A stretch of 33,200 nucleotides of DNA from an uncultured Spartobacteria bacterium (GTDB lineage: Bacteria > Verrucomicrobiota > Verrucomicrobiia > Chthoniobacterales > UBA6821): contig CAIKYN010000227.1 of NCBI GenBank assembly GCA_903831635.1, forward strand, positions 1-33,200. The letters are read 5' to 3'. Positions within the stretch are counted from its first letter, which is position 1. The number at the start of each line of letters is the position of its first letter. The notes beneath the pieces are model-generated. The model ran no database searches. It worked only from the letters and a program-made list of their open reading frames with translations, and was not told where the DNA came from. The position numbers and the translations under genes were made by a program. Below are positions 1 through 7,886 of this stretch, one piece after another.

Positions 1-1610
1 AGCACACCTTGGAAAACCAGAGTCCAAGTCACGGCTTCGAATCCTCCGACGCTCGTGTAGATGGTCGTCAGGACACCCATGATTACGACGCTCCAGCGGA
101 CATCTAGGCCTGTGGTTGCTGAGATTGCAATCGAAGGGAGCACGAGGACAATGCTTGATCTGCCGAAGGTCTGAAAGATGATCTGCAGAAAACTGGCAAT
201 CAGGCGGAGTGAAAGATTGAAGCGTCGTTCTAGGTACTCGAAGGTGGAGGTAATCTCCAACCTTCGGAGGATCGGATAGGTGATCCGTGACTGGAAGAAG
301 TACACAGGAATAAAAACGATCAGGGGAAAAAGCCAGACAAGGTTGGAGGCAAAGGCCAGTGCCGGAACCGCCATGAAGCTGATTGCACTGGCAGCGGTGG
401 CGAACATACTGATACCGGCGGCCCACCAGGGAGTCTGACGGTTACCGAGGGAGTATTCCGCTGCAGATTTCTGATTCCGGAAGTAGTAACCAATGTAACC
501 GATGAAGCAGAAGTAGAAGAGAATCATCAGATAATCGGCCCAGTTCAGGTTACGGGCCGTCCGGGGCGTGCTCACCTGAAGAATGCTAGAATTACCTTTT
601 CCTCCAAAGAGAAGAAGCGATCCATCCGATGACTTTACCAGGGAGGGATTGAGGACTTTCAGTGGTGTTCCGGCTTTTACCCAGGCATCGGTGACCACGT
701 GAAAGAGCAGGGTGGGGGACTCATTTTCTTGGTTCAGGACGAGTGGGTCCAGCACGCTGGGTGTTGTATCGGCTCCAAAGACGAATGTGTGAGCCTGTCC
801 CGAGGGGGCGGCTTTACCGGCGGCAAGTGCAATCGGCAGTTCGGCACCATGAGCCCATCCCGTGAGAGTCGTTCCTTCAGCAGGCTTACTACGGTAAAGG
901 AGAACATCCTTGGTTGCAACGAAACCACCGCCTCCGTCGGATGAGCGCCCCCCGATTACCTCAAGTAAATCATACTGAGCTGTCACCAAGGGAAGAATCG
1001 TTCCAGAACCCGGAAGATCAGGAAGCCGGTTCCATGCGGCTTTCTCATTGGAGAGATCCAATGTGAGTACGTCGCGGCGTGCTTGCGGTGAGGAGAGCGA
1101 AGAGGTTCCCCCGACAACATGAAGTTTCTCGCTGACGATTGCTGCACCGGCCCCGACGACAGGGAACGGTAACGGTGGGAGTTCCCTGCTTTCCAGATGG
1201 GTGCCGTTCCAGCTAACTGCGGTCACGCGGGAAGAGGGGACTCCGTCAACGAGGCCACCAGCCACGATCAGATCGTTGCCATGCTGTGCTGTCGCTCCCC
1301 AAGCTCTTCCACCGGGAAAGGGAATCTTTTTCCAAGATGAGCCCTTCTCTCCCATCGGAAGCACATAAGCCTCTGGCACGCACGTGCCTTCTTTACCAAT
1401 TCCACCCAACTCGAGAAGGACTCCACCGGAAGTTCCTCCCTCGATCCCGTTGCGAGAGGCGATCTCCGAGGGAGGAGAGGGGAGGGCAGATTGTTCGATC
1501 CTGACCTGTGTGTCCGCTTTATCCAAAACATCCGACGCCTGGAGGGGGTATGCGTGCAGGAGGAGCAGTAGGAATGCCGGGAGTGAAAAGGACAGGCGGG
1601 GAAATATCAT
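1..1610 (-). CDS. Kelch-repeat (NanM-like) beta-propeller fused to a sodium:solute symporter (SSS/SLC5); 3' end outside window
   Basis: Hand-translated from ATG at 1610. Signal peptide MIFPRLSFSLPAFLLLLLHAYPLQA, then six Kelch-like blades (LLELGG, LIVAGG, LHVVGG, LEVIGG, TFVFGA, LLLFGG). In the same frame, SSS motifs WADYLMILFYF, EYSLGNRQTPWWAAGISMFATAASAISFMAVPA and YTSVGGFEAVTWTLVFQG. Not in the supplied ORF track because it runs off the window. Confidence 0.9.
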   Translation of the reverse strand, partial: MIFPRLSFSLPAFLLLLLHAYPLQASDVLDKADTQVRIEQSALPSPPSEIASRNGIEGGTSGGVLLELGGIGKEGTCVPEAYVLPMGEKGSSWKKIPFPGGRAWGATAQHGNDLIVAGGLVDGVPSSRVTAVSWNGTHLESRELPPLPFPVVGAGAAIVSEKLHVVGGTSSLSSPQARRDVLTLDLSNEKAAWNRLPDLPGSGTILPLVTAQYDLLEVIGGRSSDGGGGFVATKDVLLYRSKPAEGTTLTGWAHGAELPIALAAGKAAPSGQAHTFVFGADTTPSVLDPLVLNQENESPTLLFHVVTDAWVKAGTPLKVLNPSLVKSSDGSLLLFGGKGNSSILQVSTPRTARNLNWADYLMILFYFCFIGYIGYYFRNQKSAAEYSLGNRQTPWWAAGISMFATAASAISFMAVPALAFASNLVWLFPLIVFIPVYFFQSRITYPILRRLEITSTFEYLERRFNLSLRLIASFLQIIFQTFGRSSIVLVLPSIAISATTGLDVRWSVVIMGVLTTIYTSVGGFEAVTWTLVFQGV

Positions 1611-1664
1611 TGGTTGGGGGTGATGCACGGTAAACGTTAAGTCTAGAGGGCGCGGATACCTCGG

Positions 1665-2372
1665 TCAATCGTCCTTCACGGCATTCGCAGCCACGTTGAT
1701 CCACTCGTCTGCCATGAGTTGGTGACCTGCCGCGGAAGGGTGAACTCCGTCCGGTATCCAGAATGAGGCGGGTGCTATGTTAAGTGCAGCATCAAAAAGT
1801 GGTTGCCATTCGATCACGTAAGTTCCGTGCTTTTCCGCAAGATCAACGACTGCCGAGGCAAAGTTCCCGACTTCGGAACTCCAGAGGTCCCAATCTTTGC
1901 CGATCTTGTCCTCGGGTAGAACAAAAGGAGTGCAGAGGATGATTTTGGTATCCGGAAGCTCTTTTCTGGTTAGAGAGAGAAGAAAGTCAAAGGTTTCACG
2001 GAAGAGTTCGAGGGTCACCAAGCTCTTGGGAGGGCGCCCATCGGTCCGGGGTGGAGGCGGGATGGTAAGTTCCACGACACTGGCGGCATCATTCACGCCC
2101 ACGAAAATAGTGAGAAGATCGGGGCGATGTGAGATGCAATCCTCCTCCCAACGGGGTGCTAAATCGGTGATCCTGTGACCATTGATTCCGCGATTGATAA
2201 AATTGACGGAATCCTGCGGGTGATCATAACCATAACGCGCGGCAATCAGACGGACATAGGTGTCCCCGAGTGAGTGGTTCACATCGCCTGTCCTGCTGCG
2301 ATCTCCATCTGTGATGGAGTCTCCAATAAAAAGAATCGTGCTTTCTTGTTTGAAAATGCGGGGCTGTTTCAT
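1665..2372 (-). CDS. SGNH/GDSL hydrolase (acetylesterase-like)
   Basis: Blocks GDSITDG, NRGING, GVNDA, DGVHPSAAGH. Start moved to ATG 2372 (MKQPRIF) from the track's 2477. Confidence 0.9.
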   Translation of the reverse strand: MKQPRIFKQESTILFIGDSITDGDRSRTGDVNHSLGDTYVRLIAARYGYDHPQDSVNFINRGINGHRITDLAPRWEEDCISHRPDLLTIFVGVNDAASVVELTIPPPPRTDGRPPKSLVTLELFRETFDFLLSLTRKELPDTKIILCTPFVLPEDKIGKDWDLWSSEVGNFASAVVDLAEKHGTYVIEWQPLFDAALNIAPASFWIPDGVHPSAAGHQLMADEWINVAANAVKDD

Positions 2373-2402
2373 AACTGATTTTAGCTGTTTGCAGGGATAT
2401 TG

Positions 2403-2445
2403 TGATCGATGTTTTGATCGATTGCTAAAGTAAAAATCATTGCTA
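2403..2445. promoter_or_regulatory. Direct repeats in the divergent SGNH/esterase promoter region (possible regulator site)
   Basis: TGATCGAT at 2403-2410 and 2415-2422; ATTGCTA at 2421-2427 and 2439-2445, in an AT-rich intergenic gap. Confidence 0.25.
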
Positions 2446-2536
2446 CACCTCAGCCTAAAGGGAAGTGCATGTTTCATCAGAGTTGATTGGATTGCATTTG
2501 AATGATTCCCGCGTCAGTTTTTGTAACATTCGAGCC

Positions 2537-3445
2537 ATGATGATCCGAGCGGCCTTAATCATTCTTAGCCTGTGTTCGTTGATGCGGGGTTCCTCTTTAT
2601 TACCAGAAGGAGTAACTGTCACCCGAGATCATGATGGCGAGACTCCGGGCGTCGAGTCGTGGTCGATTGTCAGTCCCTACCAGCAGGGCACGAACAAGGT
2701 CGAGGTGCTGCTACCGCCCCATCTTGATCCAAACCGCAAATACCCAGTGGTGTACTGCCTCCCCGTCAATGCGGGTACCATGGGAAACTGGGGGCATCCC
2801 TTGACTGAAGCGATCAGGTGTAGGCTTGCCGATAAATACCAGGCGATCTTTGTGACCCCTTCTTTCACTACGCTCCCTTGGTATGGAAATAACCCCGAGA
2901 ATCCACTCTTTCGGCAGAACGACCATATCACCAAGGCGGTGATGCCTTTTATCGAAAGCCATTATCCGGTGTTAGATTTCTATAGTGCGCCATCACCCTC
3001 ACAATCCTCACCAAATTATTTGATCGGTTTCAGTAAATCGTCCTTGGGAGCCCTTGCTCTTTTCTTCAACAACCCTGACAAATTCCGCTCGGTGGCAGTT
3101 TTTGAGAGCTGGTATGGGCAGCCGAATGATCTCCAGTGGAATACTTGGGGGTTCAAGGAATGTTACGGAACAAGAGCTAACTACGACCTGTACGATCCCC
3201 AGTTGCTGATAGCCAAACGTGCGGGCGAGTTTGCTAATGGTCCTTCGAGAATCACTGTGCTGGGCGGCGGTCCTGGTCCGAGAGTTGGTGTCGATCAGCT
3301 GTTGGGATTACTACGCGACAAATCGGTTCCACATATCGAGATCTGGGATCGCACCATGAGCCATGATTGGCGGAGCGGCTGGATGCCGTTGGCAGTCGCC
3401 TCACTCTTTGCGCCTCCCGGGGACGCTCCGGCTCCCACGAAATAG
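2537..3445 (+). CDS. Secreted alpha/beta-hydrolase fold esterase
   Basis: Signal peptide MMIRAALIILSLCSL, VLLPP..KYPVVYCL motif, nucleophile elbow GFSKS, C-terminal HDW histidine. Start taken at ATG 2537. Confidence 0.8.
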   Translation: MMIRAALIILSLCSLMRGSSLLPEGVTVTRDHDGETPGVESWSIVSPYQQGTNKVEVLLPPHLDPNRKYPVVYCLPVNAGTMGNWGHPLTEAIRCRLADKYQAIFVTPSFTTLPWYGNNPENPLFRQNDHITKAVMPFIESHYPVLDFYSAPSPSQSSPNYLIGFSKSSLGALALFFNNPDKFRSVAVFESWYGQPNDLQWNTWGFKECYGTRANYDLYDPQLLIAKRAGEFANGPSRITVLGGGPGPRVGVDQLLGLLRDKSVPHIEIWDRTMSHDWRSGWMPLAVASLFAPPGDAPAPTK

Positions 3446-3471
3446 GCTGATTGACTCGCCCTGTTAGGGGC

Positions 3472-4179
3472 TTACTCCACAAACCTCGTGAATGAAGTCG
3501 CAGGATCCCTTTCTGTACGAAGGGTATTCTCGATTTTTGAGGAATCTTCGTAACCAAGCGCCATCCCGCAGACGAGCATCTGCTGGTCCGAGATTTTCAG
3601 GTGCCGGGCGATGATTCTGTGGTATTTGCAGAAAGCAGCTTGGGGACAGGTATCAAGCCCTCGGGCCTGCGCGGCGATCATGACATTCTGAAGAAACATG
3701 CCGTAGTCTAGCCAGCTCCCCTGGCCCATGATCCGATCGATGGTGAAGAAGAGTCCGACCGGCGCATCGAAGAAAGTGTAGTTACGAGCAAATTGCAGTT
3801 CCATCCGTTCACGCTCTCCCTTGGTGATGCCCAGAAGTCCGTAGAGATCGTAGCCAACCTTACGGCGCCGATCGATGTAGGGAGGCACCCATTTGTCCGG
3901 GTAGTAGGAGTATTCCTGTGTGTGCTCCGCATCTCGGACGGGATCGAGTGCTGTTTCGACGAGCTCCTTGGAGAGAGCTTCCTTTTTCTCACCCGTGACG
4001 ACGATGGTCTGCCACGGTTGGGTATTCGTTCCGGAGGGGGCTCGAGCCGCAACATCCAGGATCTCCAGAATGGTCTGATTCGGCACAGGCGTCGGTAGGA
4101 AGGCCCGCACAGAACGCCTTCCTCGGATGGTTTCATCAACGATGCATGAGATTTTAACTTTAGGGTCTAAATCGCTCAT
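3472..4179 (-). CDS. Nitroreductase family protein
   Basis: RRSVRAF, ARAPSGTNTQPW, DYGMFLQNVMIAAQARGLDTCPQ motifs. Confidence 0.92.
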   Translation of the reverse strand: MSDLDPKVKISCIVDETIRGRRSVRAFLPTPVPNQTILEILDVAARAPSGTNTQPWQTIVVTGEKKEALSKELVETALDPVRDAEHTQEYSYYPDKWVPPYIDRRRKVGYDLYGLLGITKGERERMELQFARNYTFFDAPVGLFFTIDRIMGQGSWLDYGMFLQNVMIAAQARGLDTCPQAAFCKYHRIIARHLKISDQQMLVCGMALGYEDSSKIENTLRTERDPATSFTRFVE

Positions 4180-4196
4180 CGGTTTTCTCTGTCTCT

Positions 4197-4236
4197 CTAA
4201 AAGCCTTCAGTCTTCAGCCTAGAAACCTCTTTTTCA
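4197..4236. repeat. 40-bp dispersed heptamer-containing repeat, copy 1
   Basis: ctaaaagccttcagtcttcagcctagaaacctctttttca matches 26797-26836 at 32/40 positions, ungapped. Confidence 0.75.
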
Positions 4237-5571
4237 TGGCTCCGGATACGCTTTGATGAAATTTTTATACCAAAAAGCGGAAGGGGAAGGGATACGATCA
4301 TGCGTGGTTGGATCAAAGGAGAAGAGTCCGAATTTTGGCGTCCAACCCTCGGTCCACTCATAGTTGTCGACCAAGGTCCATGGGAAGTAGCCACGCACAT
4401 CCACGCCCTCGTTCATGGCACGTCGCATTTGGGCGATATGCTCGCGGAAATAGCGGATCGACTTCTGTCCGCTCTGGGTACCGATGCCGTTTTCCGAGAT
4501 CACGATTGGCTTGTGATAGCGACTCCAAATCTGTCGGAGCACATGATAGAGACCAGTCGGTGCGATCTCCCAACCGAGCTGCGTGTATTGGGAGTTATGC
4601 TCTCCGACGGGACGGAAGAGAAAGCGCAGGAGACTGCACTGCTGGGCGTAGTAATAGTTGACGCCGATCAGATCACAGGTGTCGGCTACCATATCGAGGT
4701 GGTCGTAGTTCTGATGCAGCATTAGGTGATAGACGGAACGGGTCGGATCGGCATAGGTCGCCTTCCTCCAGTAGGGCAGCGAGTAGATTCCCATCACCAA
4801 CGCATCAGGTCGTTCCTCCCTGACGATGGCTGCTGCATCACGGAACATCTCTGCCGAAACCTGCATCGCCCTCTTGTAAGAACCTGGGTGGACCAGTAGT
4901 CCCGGCGGCCAGTGGGCTCCGATCCATCCAAGCTGAAGGGCTCCGTTCGGCTCATTCTGCGGAACATAGATGCGCACATCGGACTTGGTAGCCCTCACTA
5001 CACGGCGCACATGAGCCTGCCAGGCTGAGCGGATGTCTGGATTGAGGAAATTGGCCCTAGACTTATCCTTGGAATAGATCCAATCGGGAAAGGTGAAATG
5101 CCAGAGCGTGATGATTGGCTCAATCCCAGCCTCCCTGCATTTATGGGCCATCTCAGCATAGCGTGCCAGAGCCGCTTCATTGATCTCACCCCGACGGGGT
5201 TCCACGCGCGCCCAATCAACCCCGAAGCGGAAATGATTCACTCCCAGAAATTTGACGGCAGCCAAATCCTTGTCGAACTGGCTCCAGGAGAAGACGGCAG
5301 TGTCCCCTCGGACGGGAGCTCTTCCCTCTTCTGCAAAACGGTCCCAGTCGGTCTTGAAATACCATTTCGATCCCGGAACGTATCCCTTATCCTCGTTCTG
5401 GAACGGAGCTGTGGAAGTGCCCCACCAGAAGGGTTCCTTGGGTAATTTTTTTGTTACCACGGCACTTGCGGGAGGCGTGTAATGGCGCGGTGCCATGATG
5501 CATCCAGGGAGGAGCAGGATGGATGGGAGAAGCGTTCCCAGGAGGAGGCTGCGGATGGTTGCTTGATGCAT
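4234..5571 (-). CDS. Glycoside hydrolase family 1 (beta-glycosidase), predicted lipoprotein
   Basis: FWWGTSTAPFQNE, RFGVDWARVEP, TLWHF, acid/base QNEPN, nucleophile ISENG, DNYEW..G..PKFGL; lipobox-like LLPGC after a hydrophobic stretch. Confidence 0.93.
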   Translation of the reverse strand: MHQATIRSLLLGTLLPSILLLPGCIMAPRHYTPPASAVVTKKLPKEPFWWGTSTAPFQNEDKGYVPGSKWYFKTDWDRFAEEGRAPVRGDTAVFSWSQFDKDLAAVKFLGVNHFRFGVDWARVEPRRGEINEAALARYAEMAHKCREAGIEPIITLWHFTFPDWIYSKDKSRANFLNPDIRSAWQAHVRRVVRATKSDVRIYVPQNEPNGALQLGWIGAHWPPGLLVHPGSYKRAMQVSAEMFRDAAAIVREERPDALVMGIYSLPYWRKATYADPTRSVYHLMLHQNYDHLDMVADTCDLIGVNYYYAQQCSLLRFLFRPVGEHNSQYTQLGWEIAPTGLYHVLRQIWSRYHKPIVISENGIGTQSGQKSIRYFREHIAQMRRAMNEGVDVRGYFPWTLVDNYEWTEGWTPKFGLFSFDPTTHDRIPSPSAFWYKNFIKAYPEP

Positions 5572-5610
5572 TGATTAAGGCCTAGTAACTAACAGGGAAG
5601 GCAATCCTTC

Positions 5611-6543
5611 ATGAAGCATTCTTTCCTTCTTTGTATTTTTCTTCTGCTGCTGGTCTCTTCAGGGCGATCGGAAATGGATATGGATGCTAAACGCCTCATG
5701 CCGGATACCATTTTCATGAATGATGGAAAGGTTCTTCACGGCCTGATCCTCAGGAATGATGCGCAGAAGGTGACCTTGCAGCAAAAAATGGGGGAAGTGG
5801 AGATCCCCAAGAGTGGTATCCGTCGCATCGATGACGAGCCTGATTTGGGAGTCTATTTTGCCGACATCGTTGATCCTGGAACGCTTCCCCCGTGGCGGAT
5901 GATCGTTCAGGACCTGCGTACTGATGACAGCATCAAATCCTTCAGGCAGATTCCTGCAACAACCATCGACAATGGTTATCTCAAGGATATTCCCTATCTC
6001 TCCTTCAAGATCAACGAACGGACGGAGATGAATGTCTACGGCGATCCTAATCACCCAGTCTGCATTGAGTTCGGTATTTACGAACGAGGGGAAAAGATCA
6101 CCCAGTTCAAGAAAATCATCCGTGCTTACCTTGCGGGCATTCTTACCAACAGAAAAGAGGTTGGGGCCCTCTACTCCCTGCATGAAAAGGGAGGCCAGAT
6201 TCGAGTAAAAAACTTTATTTTTAAGGTCACGCCGCCAGATGCACCCGACGCCTACGGAGGTTGGTGGATCGCGATTTATGATCCTTCGCGCCTCGAGAAG
6301 GCACGAATTCCCGACGCAGTGTATCGAAAAGTTACACTCCCCTTTGATGAGGTGAATAATCACTTTGGGAGACTCCGTTTGGACCGAATCATGTCGAATG
6401 ATCAGTTCCTAGCTGCCACCCGCATGAATTGGAATAGCGCCATCCCCGATCTGCGTGGGTTTTACCGCAACAGAGTGGGAGATCTGGAACTTCTTGTTCC
6501 GTCATTTATGAAGAAAAAACCTTCACCCACACCTCAGCCATGA
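5611..6543 (+). CDS. Secreted hypothetical protein
   Basis: 310-aa ORF with signal peptide and a small N-terminal beta-rich motif (DTIFMNDGKVLHGLI...VEIPKSGIRRI). Its stop overlaps the next start (ATGA 6540-6543). Confidence 0.8.
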   Translation: MKHSFLLCIFLLLLVSSGRSEMDMDAKRLMPDTIFMNDGKVLHGLILRNDAQKVTLQQKMGEVEIPKSGIRRIDDEPDLGVYFADIVDPGTLPPWRMIVQDLRTDDSIKSFRQIPATTIDNGYLKDIPYLSFKINERTEMNVYGDPNHPVCIEFGIYERGEKITQFKKIIRAYLAGILTNRKEVGALYSLHEKGGQIRVKNFIFKVTPPDAPDAYGGWWIAIYDPSRLEKARIPDAVYRKVTLPFDEVNNHFGRLRLDRIMSNDQFLAATRMNWNSAIPDLRGFYRNRVGDLELLVPSFMKKKPSPTPQP

Positions 6544-7880
6544 AGAGCTTTCCCATGATCGCGGCGGTATTTCCGCTCCTGCTCCTCGGGGGGTGCGCCA
6601 TTCATCCCCTGGGCGCTCTGGACAAGGCTCCACGCCATCAGGCGGAAAAGCTCACGGGCTATGCCCCCTTCGCCTGGGGGATCTCCACCAGCAGCCTCCA
6701 GTATGAAAACAAAGCGGTGCAACCCGGAGATCCTAACTACTATGTCCGCGACTGGGATCTGCTGGTGCAGCATAAAAAGGCTCCTGTAGTCGGGGATGCA
6801 CTTTATTCCTGGAGTGATTTTGACAAGGATCTTGCCGCTCTCAAAAAGATCGGGGTGACCCACTACCGATTCAGCATAGAATGGGCCCGCGTCGAGCCCC
6901 ATCCGGGTCAATATAACGAACGGGCAGTCCGAGGATATGTCCAGATGTGCCGCAAACTCAAGGAGGCGGGAATAGAGCCCGTGGTCACGCTCTGGCACTT
7001 CACCTTCCCCGCGTGGTTGACCGATACCAAGGACAGCGAAAAGACCAACTGGCTTCACCCGCTTGCCCGCGAACGTTGGAATCTTTACGTCAAGAAGATG
7101 GTCCGAGCGACCGCTCCCTTCACAACTTTCTATGCCCCTGAGAATGAGCCCAATGGACAGGTCCTTACCGCCTACATCATCGGTCTCTGGCCTCCCTGCC
7201 ATACCTTTGATTTCAAGGGGTATCAAGCCGCGACAATCGCCAGTGCCGACATGTTTCGTGATGCCGCCGCCCGGATCAAGGAGGTGAAACCTTCGGCCAA
7301 GGTGCTCAGCGTCGAGGCACTTCCCTGGTGGGAGCACGCGCCGCTTGATCCCGGAGGCCTCCTCTACAACACGGTGATGCATGCCAATTTCGATCATTTG
7401 GACCGCATCTATGACGTCTGCGACATCATCGGATTCAACTACTACTACAGCCAGATGGCCGGCCCGCTTAGTCTCCTTTCTGAGGGAGCGCGTCATGGTC
7501 ATCACTACACGATGATGGGATGGAGAATCGACCCCGCCGCCCTCGGCAAGCAGATCCGCTACGTCGGCAAGCGCTACGACAAGCCGATGATGATCACGGA
7601 AAACGGGGTTGCCACCACGGATGAAAAGAAGCGCCTCTCCTATCTCCACGACCACATTGCGCAGGTTCGCAAGACCATGGATGAGGGTTACGATGTGAAG
7701 GGGTATTTTGTCTGGTCGCTGGCGGACAACTACGAGTGGCACTACGGTTATGTACCGAAGTTCGGCCTCTCAAGCATGGATTCCTCCAACAAGGTCAGGA
7801 TCCTCAAGCCGGCCGCCTACTATTACCGCGACGTCATTCGTGCATCCAATCGGGCTCAAAAGGTAACCCCACTGAACTGA
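6540..7880 (+). CDS. Glycoside hydrolase family 1 (beta-glycosidase), predicted lipoprotein
   Basis: FAWGISTSSLQYE, YRFSIEWARVEP, TLWHF, ENEPN, ITENG, DNYEWHYGYVPKFGL; lipobox LLGGC. Confidence 0.93.
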   Translation: MKSFPMIAAVFPLLLLGGCAIHPLGALDKAPRHQAEKLTGYAPFAWGISTSSLQYENKAVQPGDPNYYVRDWDLLVQHKKAPVVGDALYSWSDFDKDLAALKKIGVTHYRFSIEWARVEPHPGQYNERAVRGYVQMCRKLKEAGIEPVVTLWHFTFPAWLTDTKDSEKTNWLHPLARERWNLYVKKMVRATAPFTTFYAPENEPNGQVLTAYIIGLWPPCHTFDFKGYQAATIASADMFRDAAARIKEVKPSAKVLSVEALPWWEHAPLDPGGLLYNTVMHANFDHLDRIYDVCDIIGFNYYYSQMAGPLSLLSEGARHGHHYTMMGWRIDPAALGKQIRYVGKRYDKPMMITENGVATTDEKKRLSYLHDHIAQVRKTMDEGYDVKGYFVWSLADNYEWHYGYVPKFGLSSMDSSNKVRILKPAAYYYRDVIRASNRAQKVTPLN

Positions 7881-7886
7881 GTCCTT

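Noticed and set aside
699-1704. Several short ORFs in the supplied track
   Set aside because: All overlap the Kelch-SSS frame, which explains the region.
5659-6363. 234-aa antisense ORF opposite the orphan gene
   Set aside because: The plus-strand ORF has a signal peptide and an ATGA overlap with the next gene; the antisense frame has no supporting features.
6534-7742. 402-aa antisense ORF over the second GH1
   Set aside because: Shadow of a high-GC3 gene; no motifs; fully overlaps a convincing CDS.
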